Shown here: positions 49,086 to 60,064 of the stretch, one piece after another
Numbering within the stretch: position 1 is the stretch's first letter
Layout: each line of letters opens with the position of its first letter
DNA from: Polyangiales bacterium
Lineage (GTDB): Bacteria > Myxococcota_A > Polyangia > Polyangiales > Polyangiaceae
Assembly (NCBI GenBank): GCA_038230375.1
Contig: JBBRNJ010000055.1
Coordinates: 1 to 62,727 of the forward strand
Reading direction: 5' to 3'
DNA: 62,727 bases
Position numbers and translations under genes: made by a program
The notes under the pieces: generated by a model
The model's input: only the letters and a program-made list of their open reading frames with translations
Told to the model about the DNA's origin: nothing
Database searches by the model: none

Positions 49086-50399
49086 TTGCCCGACCTCAGC
49101 GCAGGGGACAGGCTCACGCGCCGTGAGCTCTTCACGATACTTCTGATCGCGGCGATTCAGCTCATCAACATCATCGACTTCATGATGGTGATGCCGCTCG
49201 GGCCCGACTTCTCCAGGTCGCTCGGCATCCCGGTGTCGGAGCTCGGCACCATCGGCGGCAGCTACACGGCCGCTGCCTCCATCGCGGGCCTCCTGGGCTC
49301 GCTCTTCCTTGACCGCTTCGACCGCAAGAAGGCGCTGCTCGTCGCGATGACTGGCCTCGTGCTCGGCACGTTCATGGGGAGCCAGGCGCGCGGCTTCGGG
49401 TCGCTCGTGCTCGCACGCGTGATCGCGGGGGCGTTCGGCGGGCCTGCCACGTCGCTCTCGTATTCGATCATCGCAGATGTCGTTCCACCCCACAGGCGCG
49501 GCCGTGCGATGGGCATCGTGATGGTCGCGTTCGGCGTTGCCTCCGTGTTCGGTGTGCCGCTCGGGCTGGAGCTCGCGTATCGATTCGATTGGCGGGCGCC
49601 GTTCGTTGCACTGGCAGCGGTCGGCCTTGTCGTCACCGCCGCTGTTGGCGTGCTGCTCGCGCCCATGACCTCTCATCTGGGCGCTGGTCACGGCGGCGCG
49701 ATCGCGCATCTGCGCGGTCTCTGGCGGGCGGACGTGCTGGTCTCGTACGCCATGGCGTTCTCGCTGATGCTGGGCAGCTTCATCCTCATCCCGAACATCA
49801 GTGCCTTCGTGCTCTTCAATCTTCACTACCCGCGCGAGCACCTGGGCGTGCTCTACGCCGCCGGCGGAGCCGTGAGCATCATCGCGACGCCGTTCATCGG
49901 TCGCATCGTCGACAGGTTCGGTTCGGCGCGCGTGGGCTCGCTGGGGAGCCTGGCGCTGACCATGGTCATCTTCTTCGGTTTTGCGCGGTTTCCGCCGCTG
50001 ATTTCGCCGCTGCCCATGTTCGTGTTCTTCATGTTCGCGAGCTCGCTTCGCAACGTCTCGTGCAACACGCTGACGACGAAGGTGCCGCGCCCCGACGAGC
50101 GCGCGAGCTTCGCGTCCGTCCAGTCGGCCGTGCAGCACATGGCGGCAGCGTTCGGCGCGTTCGGCGCGTCCCGCATCCTGTCGGAGACCCCTGAGCACGA
50201 TCTGGTGGGCATGGGCACGGTCGCCGCGATCTCGATCGCGGTGTCGTTCGCGCTCCCGCCGCTCCTCTTCGTCATCGAGAGCCGCATTCGTCGCCGCGAT
50301 GCCGCGGACCCGCAAGCGCCGGGCGCGGTATCGGTCAGCGCGGGATCTGCATCGCCTGCGTCCGGTAGCTCTGCTCGACCGCCCCACGAAGCTCCCTGA
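49086..50399 (+). CDS. MFS transporter (DHA1-like)
   Basis: About 12 TMs; LDRFDRK and GRIVDRFG motif A; ARVIAGAFGG. Confidence 0.92.
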   Translation: MPDLSAGDRLTRRELFTILLIAAIQLINIIDFMMVMPLGPDFSRSLGIPVSELGTIGGSYTAAASIAGLLGSLFLDRFDRKKALLVAMTGLVLGTFMGSQARGFGSLVLARVIAGAFGGPATSLSYSIIADVVPPHRRGRAMGIVMVAFGVASVFGVPLGLELAYRFDWRAPFVALAAVGLVVTAAVGVLLAPMTSHLGAGHGGAIAHLRGLWRADVLVSYAMAFSLMLGSFILIPNISAFVLFNLHYPREHLGVLYAAGGAVSIIATPFIGRIVDRFGSARVGSLGSLALTMVIFFGFARFPPLISPLPMFVFFMFASSLRNVSCNTLTTKVPRPDERASFASVQSAVQHMAAAFGAFGASRILSETPEHDLVGMGTVAAISIAVSFALPPLLFVIESRIRRRDAADPQAPGAVSVSAGSASPASGSSARPPHEAP

Positions 50400-51546
50400 G
50401 GCGCGGGTCGGCGCCGCCTGCGCCACCACCGGCCGCGGTCGCGAAGTCACGCTGCATCTGCCACCCCGGCGACGGCGCGAATCCGAGCGATGCGCCTGCG
50501 GCCTGCACCAGCTCCGTCGGTGTCGCGAAGCGCATCGCCACGCTCTTCGAGAGCGCACGCGCGAAGAACGCCGACAGCGCTGGTGGTGCGGCTGGCCAGA
50601 ACGTCTGGATCGGCGGAGGCGCGGTCTCCACCTGCGCAATGCGAAGCCCGAGCTCGTTGTGGTCGTCGGGTGAGAAAGGCTGTCTGCCCGCGAGCATCTC
50701 GTAGAGGACGATCGCGGCGGAGTAGAAGTCGCTCCGGCCATCCAGCGGGAGTCCCATCACTTGCTCCGGCGACATGTACGCGCCGGTGCCAGGCGCGAGC
50801 GACTCGGACGCGTCGGGCGAGCCCGATGGCAGCTGAAAATAGGCGATCCCGAAGTCCGTCAGCTTCACGAGACCGTCCTTCCTGATCATCGTGTTGGAGG
50901 GCTTCACGTCCCGGTGAACGATGCCGCGCGCGTGCGCCGCCGACAGTCCACCGATGAGCTGCTCGAAGTACTGGAAGGCCCGCGCAGGCAGGAGGCACCC
51001 CTGCACGTTCGCGAGCCGCGCCCGCGCGACGTTGCGCGCAATGACCGCATCGAGCGAGTCACCGAGCACGTACTCCATGACGAGCGTCAGCGCGGGGAGC
51101 GCCCTCTTCACCGTCCTCGGTGGCTCCGCCATGGAGACGGGCTCGGTCTTTGCGCGGGCGGGTGGGGGCGTCCACTCGAACAGATCCAGGAAGCGCACGA
51201 CGTTCGGGTGGGAGAGCAGCGACAGCGCCTGCGCCTCCTTCTCGAACAGCACGCGGATCTCGTCGTTCTTCCTGACCTCACGCCTGAGCTGCTTCAGCGC
51301 CACGAGCTCTGGCGCCTCGCCCGCGCGCGGCCCCGTCGGCGAATGAAAGAGCCACCCGGAGAAGACGTTGCCCATGGCCCCGGAGCCGATGCGCTTCTCC
51401 ACGACGATGCGCGACTCCCCGCGCTCGATGTGTGTGCCCGGCCCCATTTCCGCAGGGGCCTGCCGCTGCAATGCGCGGCAATGCGGGCAAATGACCGCTC
51501 CATCCGCGATGGGCTTGGCACAGGAGACGCACGTCACGACCTCCAC
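50335..51546 (-). CDS. Ser/Thr kinase with N-terminal zinc ribbon
   Basis: CVSC..CPHC; IGSGAMG, VALK, HRDVKPSN, DFG, YMSPEQ. Confidence 0.92.
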   Translation of the reverse strand: MEVVTCVSCAKPIADGAVICPHCRALQRQAPAEMGPGTHIERGESRIVVEKRIGSGAMGNVFSGWLFHSPTGPRAGEAPELVALKQLRREVRKNDEIRVLFEKEAQALSLLSHPNVVRFLDLFEWTPPPARAKTEPVSMAEPPRTVKRALPALTLVMEYVLGDSLDAVIARNVARARLANVQGCLLPARAFQYFEQLIGGLSAAHARGIVHRDVKPSNTMIRKDGLVKLTDFGIAYFQLPSGSPDASESLAPGTGAYMSPEQVMGLPLDGRSDFYSAAIVLYEMLAGRQPFSPDDHNELGLRIAQVETAPPPIQTFWPAAPPALSAFFARALSKSVAMRFATPTELVQAAGASLGFAPSPGWQMQRDFATAAGGGAGGADPRLRELRGAVEQSYRTQAMQIPR

Positions 51547-51602
51547 GATACAACGGGTCGGCCTGAAGCGACGCTTTCGCGCTGCGGTGCTATTTTGAAG
51601 GG

Positions 51603-52529
51603 GTGAGCACGCTGGCCCCCGCTCCGGACTTTCGCTACGTGGGTCTCTCCCATGCGCGGGCAGAGCGTCTTGGGGCGTGGGCGTCGGCGCTCTCGTTCGG
51701 CGCGGTGCTCTCCGCGTCGTCGCTGTCCGGTGCGCCTGGCAAGGGACTGCTGCTGGCGACGCTGGCCGCGGCCGGCTCGATCGTCGTCATGCGCTCGCTC
51801 TCCGCATCCGCGGCAACCAGGCCCATGGTCATGGCCATCGTTCCATGGGGCGTGCTCGTCGGAGAGGAGTCTGCGCCGCACGTCCTCTACTGGGCAGCCG
51901 TGAAAAGCGTGCATGTTACAACCAAGCACGGGCGCGATGCGGGCGCAGCGACCACGCTCTTCACGGAGGTCACGGTGGAGACGGAGCGCAAGACCTTCAC
52001 GGGGCGCACGTCCGGAGCGCCTCCCCTGGATCGCCTGCTCGCGTACCTTCCTGACTACGCAGACGAGCAAGCGCGCCCCGTCGCGTATGATCTGGACGGA
52101 GAGGTGCATGGCGGGGGACCCGCGGAGGTTCACTGCGAGCCGCTGCTGGGGAGCGTGCGCGCGTATCTTGGGTCGGCAGAGGGGACCGAGCGGCTCGGCC
52201 TGCCGCCGCTGGGCTATCGCAGCGCCACCGCCATGATCGCCACCGACAAGGCGCTCTCGGAGCTTTGTTCCGTGCTCCGTTCACGCGAGCCGCGCGATGC
52301 CGACCCGCGAGCGTTCGCCGCCGCCGTTGCTGCGGAGCTGTCGGCGAAGGAGCTCTTGCCGGACCTGCTCTCGCTCGTGCAATGCCCTCATCCGATCGTG
52401 GCCGCAGTTGCAAAGCAGAGCGCACGCAAGCTGGGCGCCTCCAGGCAGCGCGTTGGCGCACTCGACGAGGTGCGTCCATTCCTCCGCGACGAGGACGTTG
52501 CGCAGCTCTCTGCGTGGGCCGAGGCCTGA
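51603..52529 (+). CDS. Hypothetical membrane protein with C-terminal HEAT-like helices
   Basis: Two N-terminal hydrophobic segments; fills the gap between neighbours. Confidence 0.6.
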   Translation: MSTLAPAPDFRYVGLSHARAERLGAWASALSFGAVLSASSLSGAPGKGLLLATLAAAGSIVVMRSLSASAATRPMVMAIVPWGVLVGEESAPHVLYWAAVKSVHVTTKHGRDAGAATTLFTEVTVETERKTFTGRTSGAPPLDRLLAYLPDYADEQARPVAYDLDGEVHGGGPAEVHCEPLLGSVRAYLGSAEGTERLGLPPLGYRSATAMIATDKALSELCSVLRSREPRDADPRAFAAAVAAELSAKELLPDLLSLVQCPHPIVAAVAKQSARKLGASRQRVGALDEVRPFLRDEDVAQLSAWAEA

Positions 52530-53276
52530 TCAGGCTTCCGGCGGAGGAGGCGCGATGGGCGCGGTGGCGCGCGCTGGTGCTAGCACGCTCCAGAGCGGCC
52601 ATTTCTTCACGTAGATGTAGTTGCGGACGCGTGTGTTCACGAGCAGCGCGATGATGCACGTGGAGAAGAGGCACCACACGGCGGGGCGCTCGTTCACGTC
52701 CGCCGTGGTGAGCGCAGCGAGGAACGGGCCCACGAAGAAGTGGTAGGCAGACCACTTCCACGAGCCGTAGGCGATGGGCAGCACGAACGCCGCAACCAGG
52801 TAGAAGACCCAGCGCTCGTTGAAGCCGTTCAGAAGGACATGCCAGCCGATGTGCCAGTGCCCGCGGTACGCGCAGGTCTCCACGTGACTGCAGAGCGGCG
52901 TGCCCAGCTCGCACTGGCCCATCGCGCTCACCGGCAGGAGCCGCGCCAGGCAGAGCAACCCCACGACGCCGGCGAAGAGGTAGACCCATTTCTGGATCCG
53001 TTGCTTCACCGCCTTGTCGATGAACTCCATGCCCAGCATGTTGATGAAGATCGGCTGAAACGAGATGTGCGCGACCGCAAGGTACGTGAGCCACGTGTTC
53101 ACCGTGGTGCCGCACTGCCCGACGACGAGGTATGTGACGGCCTGGAGCGCCTCCATGCACACGAAGTAGGCCGTCGGGAGGTAGACCTCCTTCGGCTCAC
53201 CCTTCTTGCGAAGGAAGTATGCGCTCGTGAGCCCCGCCGCGGCGATCGCCGCGCTTGCTTGTCCGTTCCAGCACAT
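52530..53276 (-). CDS. Multi-pass membrane protein (DUF5765-like)
   Basis: MCWNGQAS start, MEALQA, HISFQP, WHIGW, PAVWCLFS; family recalled, not searched. Confidence 0.7.
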   Translation of the reverse strand: MCWNGQASAAIAAAGLTSAYFLRKKGEPKEVYLPTAYFVCMEALQAVTYLVVGQCGTTVNTWLTYLAVAHISFQPIFINMLGMEFIDKAVKQRIQKWVYLFAGVVGLLCLARLLPVSAMGQCELGTPLCSHVETCAYRGHWHIGWHVLLNGFNERWVFYLVAAFVLPIAYGSWKWSAYHFFVGPFLAALTTADVNERPAVWCLFSTCIIALLVNTRVRNYIYVKKWPLWSVLAPARATAPIAPPPPEA

Positions 53277-53384
53277 GCGCGGCGCAAAGTCTCCGCTTCT
53301 GGCCTTCGCGTCAAGCACAGAGAGAGGGGGCGCAGGTCCAAATCCTCCAGTCTGGCCGGATTCTTTGCTAATCGCATTCCTCCT

Positions 53385-54314
53385 ATGGCCGAGGAACGCA
53401 AGGTAGACGCGGAGCTCGCTGGCGCGCGGCTCGACAAAGCCGTGGTCGCGCTGTGGCCGGGTGCATCGCGCGCCAAGGTGAAGAACGCGATCATCGACCG
53501 AAAGATCCGCGTGAACGGCTTCATCTTGCCGAAGGGCGGCATCGTCAACGAGGGTGACGTGATCACCATCATCCCGTCCGACGTGAAGGCCGGTGACGCC
53601 GAGTGCGAGGCCGATCCCAAGGCGAAGCTCACCGTCCTCCACGAATCGAAGGAGATCCTCGTCGTGGAGAAGCCAGCGGGCATGCCCACGGCGCCGCTGC
53701 GTGAGGGTGAGATGGGAACGCTCGCGAACGCGCTCCTCGGGCACTATCCGGAGCTCGCGGGCATTGGACATTCGCCGCGCGAGCCGGGGCTCGTGCACCG
53801 TCTGGACACGGATACGTCGGGCGTGCTGGTCGTCGCGCGCAATGCCGACGCGTTCGAGGAGCTCGCCGCAGCGCTCAAGAGCGAGAAGATCGAGAAGACG
53901 TATGTCGTGGTGTGCGAGAGCGAGGGCCTGCCCGACGAAGGCACCATCGAATTCCCCATCGCGAACCACCCGAAGGACAAGCGCCGCGTCTATCCGTGCA
54001 TCCACCCGCGCGACGTCATGCGGAACGAGCCGCGCCCCGCCCTCACCGAGTACGAAGTGAAGCAGCGCGGTGCGCGCTTTGCTCTGGTGGAGGTGCGCAT
54101 CAAGAAGGCGCTCCGGCACCAGATCCGCGCGCATTTCGCGGCGATCGACCATCCGCTGGTCGGCGACAAGCTCTATGGAGGGCCCGAGGTCCCGGGACTT
54201 TCTCGGCATGCGCTCCACGCCTCGCGCGTTCGTTGGGAGTGCTCCGACCCAGCCTTCCGCTTCGACGTGTCGAGCGAGATCCCCAAGGAGCTCGTCGATC
54301 TGGTCTCTGGATGA
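53385..54314 (+). CDS. RluA/RluD-family pseudouridine synthase
   Basis: S4-like RLDKAV, KPAG, VHRLDTDTSG, HQIRAH, GDKLYG, LHA. Confidence 0.93.
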   Translation: MAEERKVDAELAGARLDKAVVALWPGASRAKVKNAIIDRKIRVNGFILPKGGIVNEGDVITIIPSDVKAGDAECEADPKAKLTVLHESKEILVVEKPAGMPTAPLREGEMGTLANALLGHYPELAGIGHSPREPGLVHRLDTDTSGVLVVARNADAFEELAAALKSEKIEKTYVVVCESEGLPDEGTIEFPIANHPKDKRRVYPCIHPRDVMRNEPRPALTEYEVKQRGARFALVEVRIKKALRHQIRAHFAAIDHPLVGDKLYGGPEVPGLSRHALHASRVRWECSDPAFRFDVSSEIPKELVDLVSG

Positions 54315-56905
54315 TTGTTCCCGGCCTCGCGCGGAAGGTCCCGTTCCTCTGCGCGTGCGGCGCGGTGGGCCTCATCGTCGCCGTGGCCTCGCGCCGGACA
54401 CCCGGCAGCGACGTAGCGACGCTCGCGCAGTCACTCTCGGATGTGACCGGGCAGGTGGTAGCGCCGGAGGACATTCGCTGGGAGCCCGGAGAGGGCGCCA
54501 TGCAAGACGCAGTGTCGGGGCGCAACGTGCTCTTCCTGGCCCGCCCCAAGGTGGAGGCACCGCGCGATCTCTGGCGCGCCACGGTTCGCGTCTCTCCTGA
54601 AGGTCATCCGATCGACATCGTGTCCGTTCACGACCTCACCGGTACGGAGCTGGGCGACGACACGGAGCTCATCGTGTCCGGGATGCAGGCCGCGTTCACC
54701 ACGTACGCATTCGGGCGCGCACAGAGCGTCACGTTGCTCGATCTCCGCGGTGAGGGTGAGCAGAATCTGGCTGAAAAATCGCTGGATCGTGCGACTTCGT
54801 ACGTGACCAACATCCAGCAGACGGGCTCCGGCGAGGGCATCGCTCGCTACGACGTGACGCTCGATCAGCCCGCAAAGCACGTGGGCCTGCACCTCACCGA
54901 GAGCGCGCTCGAGATCACGCTCGCGGACGACTCGCCGGACTCCGTGCGCACGGCGCGACTCGACCTGCGCGGCGAGCTCACGACGCAAGCGCCGGGCCTT
55001 GCTGCGCAGCCGGCTCGCCATCTGCCGAAGCGCCTCGTGTTCTGGGCCGTCGATAGCGTGCGTGCCGTTCCGTGGATTGGCCCCGCACCGATCGCGTGGC
55101 TGGAAGAGAAGACGTTCGGCGCGCGCGCGGCGCTGAAGGACATGGAGCTGCACGCGCTCTCGAGCAAGTCCGACTTCGAGCTCGCGGCGCCGGAGAAGAT
55201 CACAGCTGCGGTGCTGGACACCAAGGAGGCAGAGGCAGAGGCCGAGCACTGGCCGCCCACGCGCATGCGCCCCGTCTTCAAGAACGCGCAGCCGGGTGAG
55301 GGCGAGTGGACGGTGCCGAAGATGCCGTGGCTGAAGCGCCTGCCGCAGGAGCCAGGCGTGAAGGAAGCACCCAGCGCGTTCTACAATGCGTTCGTGCGCC
55401 CTGACGAGGAGCGGCCCGACGCGAAGGTGCTGCTCGTGGCGATGGACATGCGGCAGCTGGATCTGGACATGGAGGCGGGCTCCGAGGATCCGAAGCCGCT
55501 CACAGGACCGCCTGGATCAGGGCGAATTCCTCGCGATCCGAAGATCTACACGCGCATCGCTGCGGCCATGAACGGGGGCTTCAAGACGGAGCACGGCTTC
55601 TACGGGATGATGGTGAAGAAGCGTGTGCTGCTTCCGCCGCAGCCCGGCGCCGCGTCGCTCATCGTCTTGAAGGACGGCCGCATAGGCCTTGGCTCGTGGG
55701 GCAAGACGCCCGAGATCGGCGGCATCGAGGACGTGCCCAAGGACGACATCATCTCGTTCCGCCAGAACCTGGACCCGCTCGTCGACAACGACAGGATCAA
55801 CCCGATGGGCCGCTGGCAGTGGGGTTTCACGCTGCCCGGCACCAGCATGCAAACGGAGCGCACGGGCATCTGCGTGAACGCCGCGGGCCACCTGATCTAC
55901 GCCTGGGCGGAGGACGTGAGCGGACCCACGCTGGGCAAGGGCATGCGCATGGCGGGCTGCGTGTACGGCGTGCACCTGGACATGAACCCGCACCACACCG
56001 GGCTCATCTTCGCGAACATCACGGAGCTGAAGGGCAAGAACTACAAGAGCGAGCTCTTGACGCCACTCATGGGCATCGCGCCCGATCGGTACATCGAGTA
56101 CGCGCCGAAGGATTTCTTCTACATGATGCTCCACGATCCGCGGCCCGAGGTGCCCGGCTTCACGTGGACACACGACGACGGCACTCAGCCTGCACCTGCA
56201 TGGATGCCCGCAATTTTCCGTGCGGAAGCACAAGGCGGCGGCGTCAGCGTCACCACGATGGATCGTGATCGCGTGAGCTTTCGCATCCGCGCTGGCAAGG
56301 CGGAGCCGGACGCAAAGACCGGACAGACCGGCGACGCAGAGCTGTCTTCGGACGACGCGCATCGGGTGCTGTTCGCGCTGGGCGCGGGCACGTCCAAGGA
56401 GAAGTCGCCGCTGGGCCTCACCACCTCTGGCAAGATGGTCCTGCGCATGACCGGCGCGGATGCGCATGCGGCGCTCGTGGCGTCACCGGATGGTCGACTC
56501 ACGATCGTCCCCACGCTCGACGCGTCCACGCAGGCCGCGCATGCGGACGCCGTGGAGGTGCCGCTCCTGTTCGACGGCGAGAAGAGCTTCCCCGCGCACG
56601 GCGCCCACGCGGCGCTCGGCATTGCGGAGGATGGTCGCGTGTTCATCGCCGAAGGCGACGCAGACAAGCTGGCCGACGCGTTGAAACATGCAGGATGCAA
56701 GCATGCAGTGGTGCTCGCGCGCGCAGGCGGTGAGCCCGTGCTGTTCTCGCGCTCGGGCACGGCAAGCCCGCCGCGTTCCTTCTACGACGAGACCGTGATC
56801 TACGGACTCGCCGTGCCGATGAAGCCGCGCGGCTTCAGGTTCAATCCAGAGAACCCGATCCCGTACCCGGTACCCAAGGAGAAGAAGACGCCTTCGACTC
56901 CGTGA
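54311..56905 (+). CDS. Large exported/membrane-anchored protein with phosphodiester glycosidase-like domain
   Basis: N-terminal hydrophobic segment; AAMNGGFK, FRQNLDPLVD, ERTGI, HLDMN; ATGA overlap with rlu gene. Confidence 0.55.
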   Translation: MIVPGLARKVPFLCACGAVGLIVAVASRRTPGSDVATLAQSLSDVTGQVVAPEDIRWEPGEGAMQDAVSGRNVLFLARPKVEAPRDLWRATVRVSPEGHPIDIVSVHDLTGTELGDDTELIVSGMQAAFTTYAFGRAQSVTLLDLRGEGEQNLAEKSLDRATSYVTNIQQTGSGEGIARYDVTLDQPAKHVGLHLTESALEITLADDSPDSVRTARLDLRGELTTQAPGLAAQPARHLPKRLVFWAVDSVRAVPWIGPAPIAWLEEKTFGARAALKDMELHALSSKSDFELAAPEKITAAVLDTKEAEAEAEHWPPTRMRPVFKNAQPGEGEWTVPKMPWLKRLPQEPGVKEAPSAFYNAFVRPDEERPDAKVLLVAMDMRQLDLDMEAGSEDPKPLTGPPGSGRIPRDPKIYTRIAAAMNGGFKTEHGFYGMMVKKRVLLPPQPGAASLIVLKDGRIGLGSWGKTPEIGGIEDVPKDDIISFRQNLDPLVDNDRINPMGRWQWGFTLPGTSMQTERTGICVNAAGHLIYAWAEDVSGPTLGKGMRMAGCVYGVHLDMNPHHTGLIFANITELKGKNYKSELLTPLMGIAPDRYIEYAPKDFFYMMLHDPRPEVPGFTWTHDDGTQPAPAWMPAIFRAEAQGGGVSVTTMDRDRVSFRIRAGKAEPDAKTGQTGDAELSSDDAHRVLFALGAGTSKEKSPLGLTTSGKMVLRMTGADAHAALVASPDGRLTIVPTLDASTQAAHADAVEVPLLFDGEKSFPAHGAHAALGIAEDGRVFIAEGDADKLADALKHAGCKHAVVLARAGGEPVLFSRSGTASPPRSFYDETVIYGLAVPMKPRGFRFNPENPIPYPVPKEKKTPSTP

Positions 56906-56920
56906 GCACGCTGCTTCGGC

Positions 56921-57541
56921 TCACGCCGCGCTGTCTTTTGCAGAGGCGAGGCGCGCGCGCAGCATGTCGACGGCGCGTGTGTGGAGCTGCGAGATGCGGG
57001 GCTCGCTCACGCCCAGGACCTGGGCGATCGACTTGAACTGCACGCCTTCGAAGTAGTGCGCGACGATGACGTAGCGCTCGCGCTCGGGAAGCTGGCCGAC
57101 GACCCTCGCGAGGTGCTCGCGTTCCGAGCGCTGCTCCAGGATGTCGAGCACGTTGGGCACGGGCTCTCCGGTCGACGTGAGCGAGGCTTCGCCGCCCGGG
57201 AGATCCTCGATGCCGACGAACGACGCCCGGGTCTGCGTGGCCGCGACGTCCGAGTTCGCGTGGCCGCGTGCGCGTCGGGTGAGCCAGTCCTGGGCGCGTA
57301 GCTCGTCGACGATCGCGCCGCGGATGCGGATGCGCGCGTACCACTCGAACTGCGGACCGCGGTCGCCCTTGTGGCGGCGCATCGAATCGACAAGGCCGTA
57401 CGTACCGGCGGCAACGAGATCGTCGCGCTGGACGCTGGGTGGCAGCTTGCGAACGAAGCCCGCGACGGCGCGATGAACGAGCGGCATGAACGTGCGGAGC
57501 TCCTCCACGGTCGGGGAGGGAGCGGTCTTGCCAACGGACAT
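56921..57541 (-). CDS. Sigma-70 family factor, FliA/WhiG-like, short
   Basis: DDLVAAGTYGL, YARIRIRGAIVDELRAQDW (region 2); LPERER..LGVSEPRISQLH (region 4). Confidence 0.9.
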   Translation of the reverse strand: MSVGKTAPSPTVEELRTFMPLVHRAVAGFVRKLPPSVQRDDLVAAGTYGLVDSMRRHKGDRGPQFEWYARIRIRGAIVDELRAQDWLTRRARGHANSDVAATQTRASFVGIEDLPGGEASLTSTGEPVPNVLDILEQRSEREHLARVVGQLPERERYVIVAHYFEGVQFKSIAQVLGVSEPRISQLHTRAVDMLRARLASAKDSAA

Positions 57542-57648
57542 CGGCGGAATCGAGCGAGCAGGCTTCAAGACCGTCCTCCCTTCGGTCGGGTGTCTTGCAC
57601 AAGTGCCTCGCCCCTCGGGCTCGTCAGCGTGTTCATGGCAGGCAACGA

Positions 57649-57664
57649 TGCGCGAGACATGCCA
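57649..57664 (-). promoter_or_regulatory. Candidate sigma-54 promoter upstream of sigma factor gene
   Basis: Minus strand TGGCATGTCTCGCGCA: GG-N10-GC, good -24 box, imperfect -12 box. Confidence 0.45.
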
Positions 57665-57798
57665 ATGCCGTCTGCGTCGGCCAGCGCGAAATCGGCTCGA
57701 AATACCAGGGCATTTCGCGCCCTCCAGCTCCGCGGGCGTCGGTTCCTTGGCGACCCACCCACGCGGGCGCCAAAAAGTTGGGCCCGAAGCCAACCGCT

Positions 57799-58878
<1,080 letters not shown>

Positions 58879-59002
58879 GAAGGGAGGTGTCTTACCCCAT
58901 TTGAAGTGGGGCGCCAGCCCCCCGGTTCCATTTTCAATGGGCGGTTTTTTGACGTGAGTCCCGTGGGGGTGCCACAATTTCCCCCGTCGAGGAGTTTATT
59001 TC

Positions 59003-60064
59003 ATGGGCGAAGGCAAACATCTCGTTGGCGTCGACATCGGAGCCAGCTCCGTCAAGGTCGTGCAGCTCAAGGAAGGCCGCGGAAAGCGGCTGGAAGTGAT
59101 CAGGCAAGGCTACTCGGAGCTGCCACCACAGACGATCATCGACAACCACGTCATGAACGCGTCGAACGTGACGGAGGCGCTGCTGCGGATCTACTCCGAC
59201 GCGAAGATCACCCAGAAAGAGGTGGCCGTCGGCGTCTACGGGCAGTCCGTCATCGTGCGCAAGATCACGGTTCCGATGATGTCCAACGACGAGCTCGAAG
59301 AGCAGATCGGCTGGGAAGCGGAGCAGCACATCCCGTTCGACATCAAGGTCATGTCGATCGACTACGAGGTGCTCAGACGCAGACCCGAGGCAGGTCAGAT
59401 GGACCTGCTGTTGGTCGCCGCCAAGCGCGACGAGATCAACGACTACGCGGCGATCCTGAAGGACGCGAAGCTGAAGCCGGTGGTGGTGGACATCAACGCC
59501 TTCACCATCCAGAACGTCTTCGAAAACCAGTACGGATTGCCGCCGGATTCCACCGTCGCGCTCCTGAACGTCGGGGCCGCGGTGTCGTCGCTGAACATCG
59601 TCTCGCAGGGCGTCAGCTCCTTCACCCGCGAGATCACCAACGCCGGCAACCAGATCACGGACGAGATCCAGAAGCAGTGCAACGTCCCCTCCGAGCAGGC
59701 GGAGGCGTACAAGCGCGGCGGTGGCTCGACAGAGGTCGTGCCGCAAGAAGTCCACGCCATCATCCAGACCGCATGCGACGGGCTCGCCGGAGAAATCCAG
59801 CGCTCGCTCGACTTCTATCTCGCCACCAGCGGCGAGCAGGAGATCAATCGCATTGTCGTCTCCGGCGGCAGCGCGTATCTCGCGCCGCTCTGCAAATCGA
59901 TCGAGAAGCGCGCGCGTGTTCCGGTGCAGCTCTTCGACCCGTTCCAGAACCTCACGGTGGACGCGAAGTTCGTGAACGAAGCTTCTCTCAGGGCCCGTGC
60001 GGCGCAGTTCGTCGTTGCGCTTGGGCTCGCTCTCCGGTGTGAAAAGGAGCGTCGCGTCGCATGA
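59003..60064 (+). CDS. pilM: Type IV pilus assembly protein PilM
   Basis: VGVDIGASSVK, IPFD, LLVAAK, LNVGA, EIQRSLDFY, VSGG, ALGLAL; GAGGAG RBS. Confidence 0.96.
   Translation: MGEGKHLVGVDIGASSVKVVQLKEGRGKRLEVIRQGYSELPPQTIIDNHVMNASNVTEALLRIYSDAKITQKEVAVGVYGQSVIVRKITVPMMSNDELEEQIGWEAEQHIPFDIKVMSIDYEVLRRRPEAGQMDLLLVAAKRDEINDYAAILKDAKLKPVVVDINAFTIQNVFENQYGLPPDSTVALLNVGAAVSSLNIVSQGVSSFTREITNAGNQITDEIQKQCNVPSEQAEAYKRGGGSTEVVPQEVHAIIQTACDGLAGEIQRSLDFYLATSGEQEINRIVVSGGSAYLAPLCKSIEKRARVPVQLFDPFQNLTVDAKFVNEASLRARAAQFVVALGLALRCEKERRVA

Noticed and set aside
58959..58974. TGGCAC on the minus strand upstream of the LysM gene as a sigma-54 promoter
   Set aside because: The -12 position reads GG, not GC
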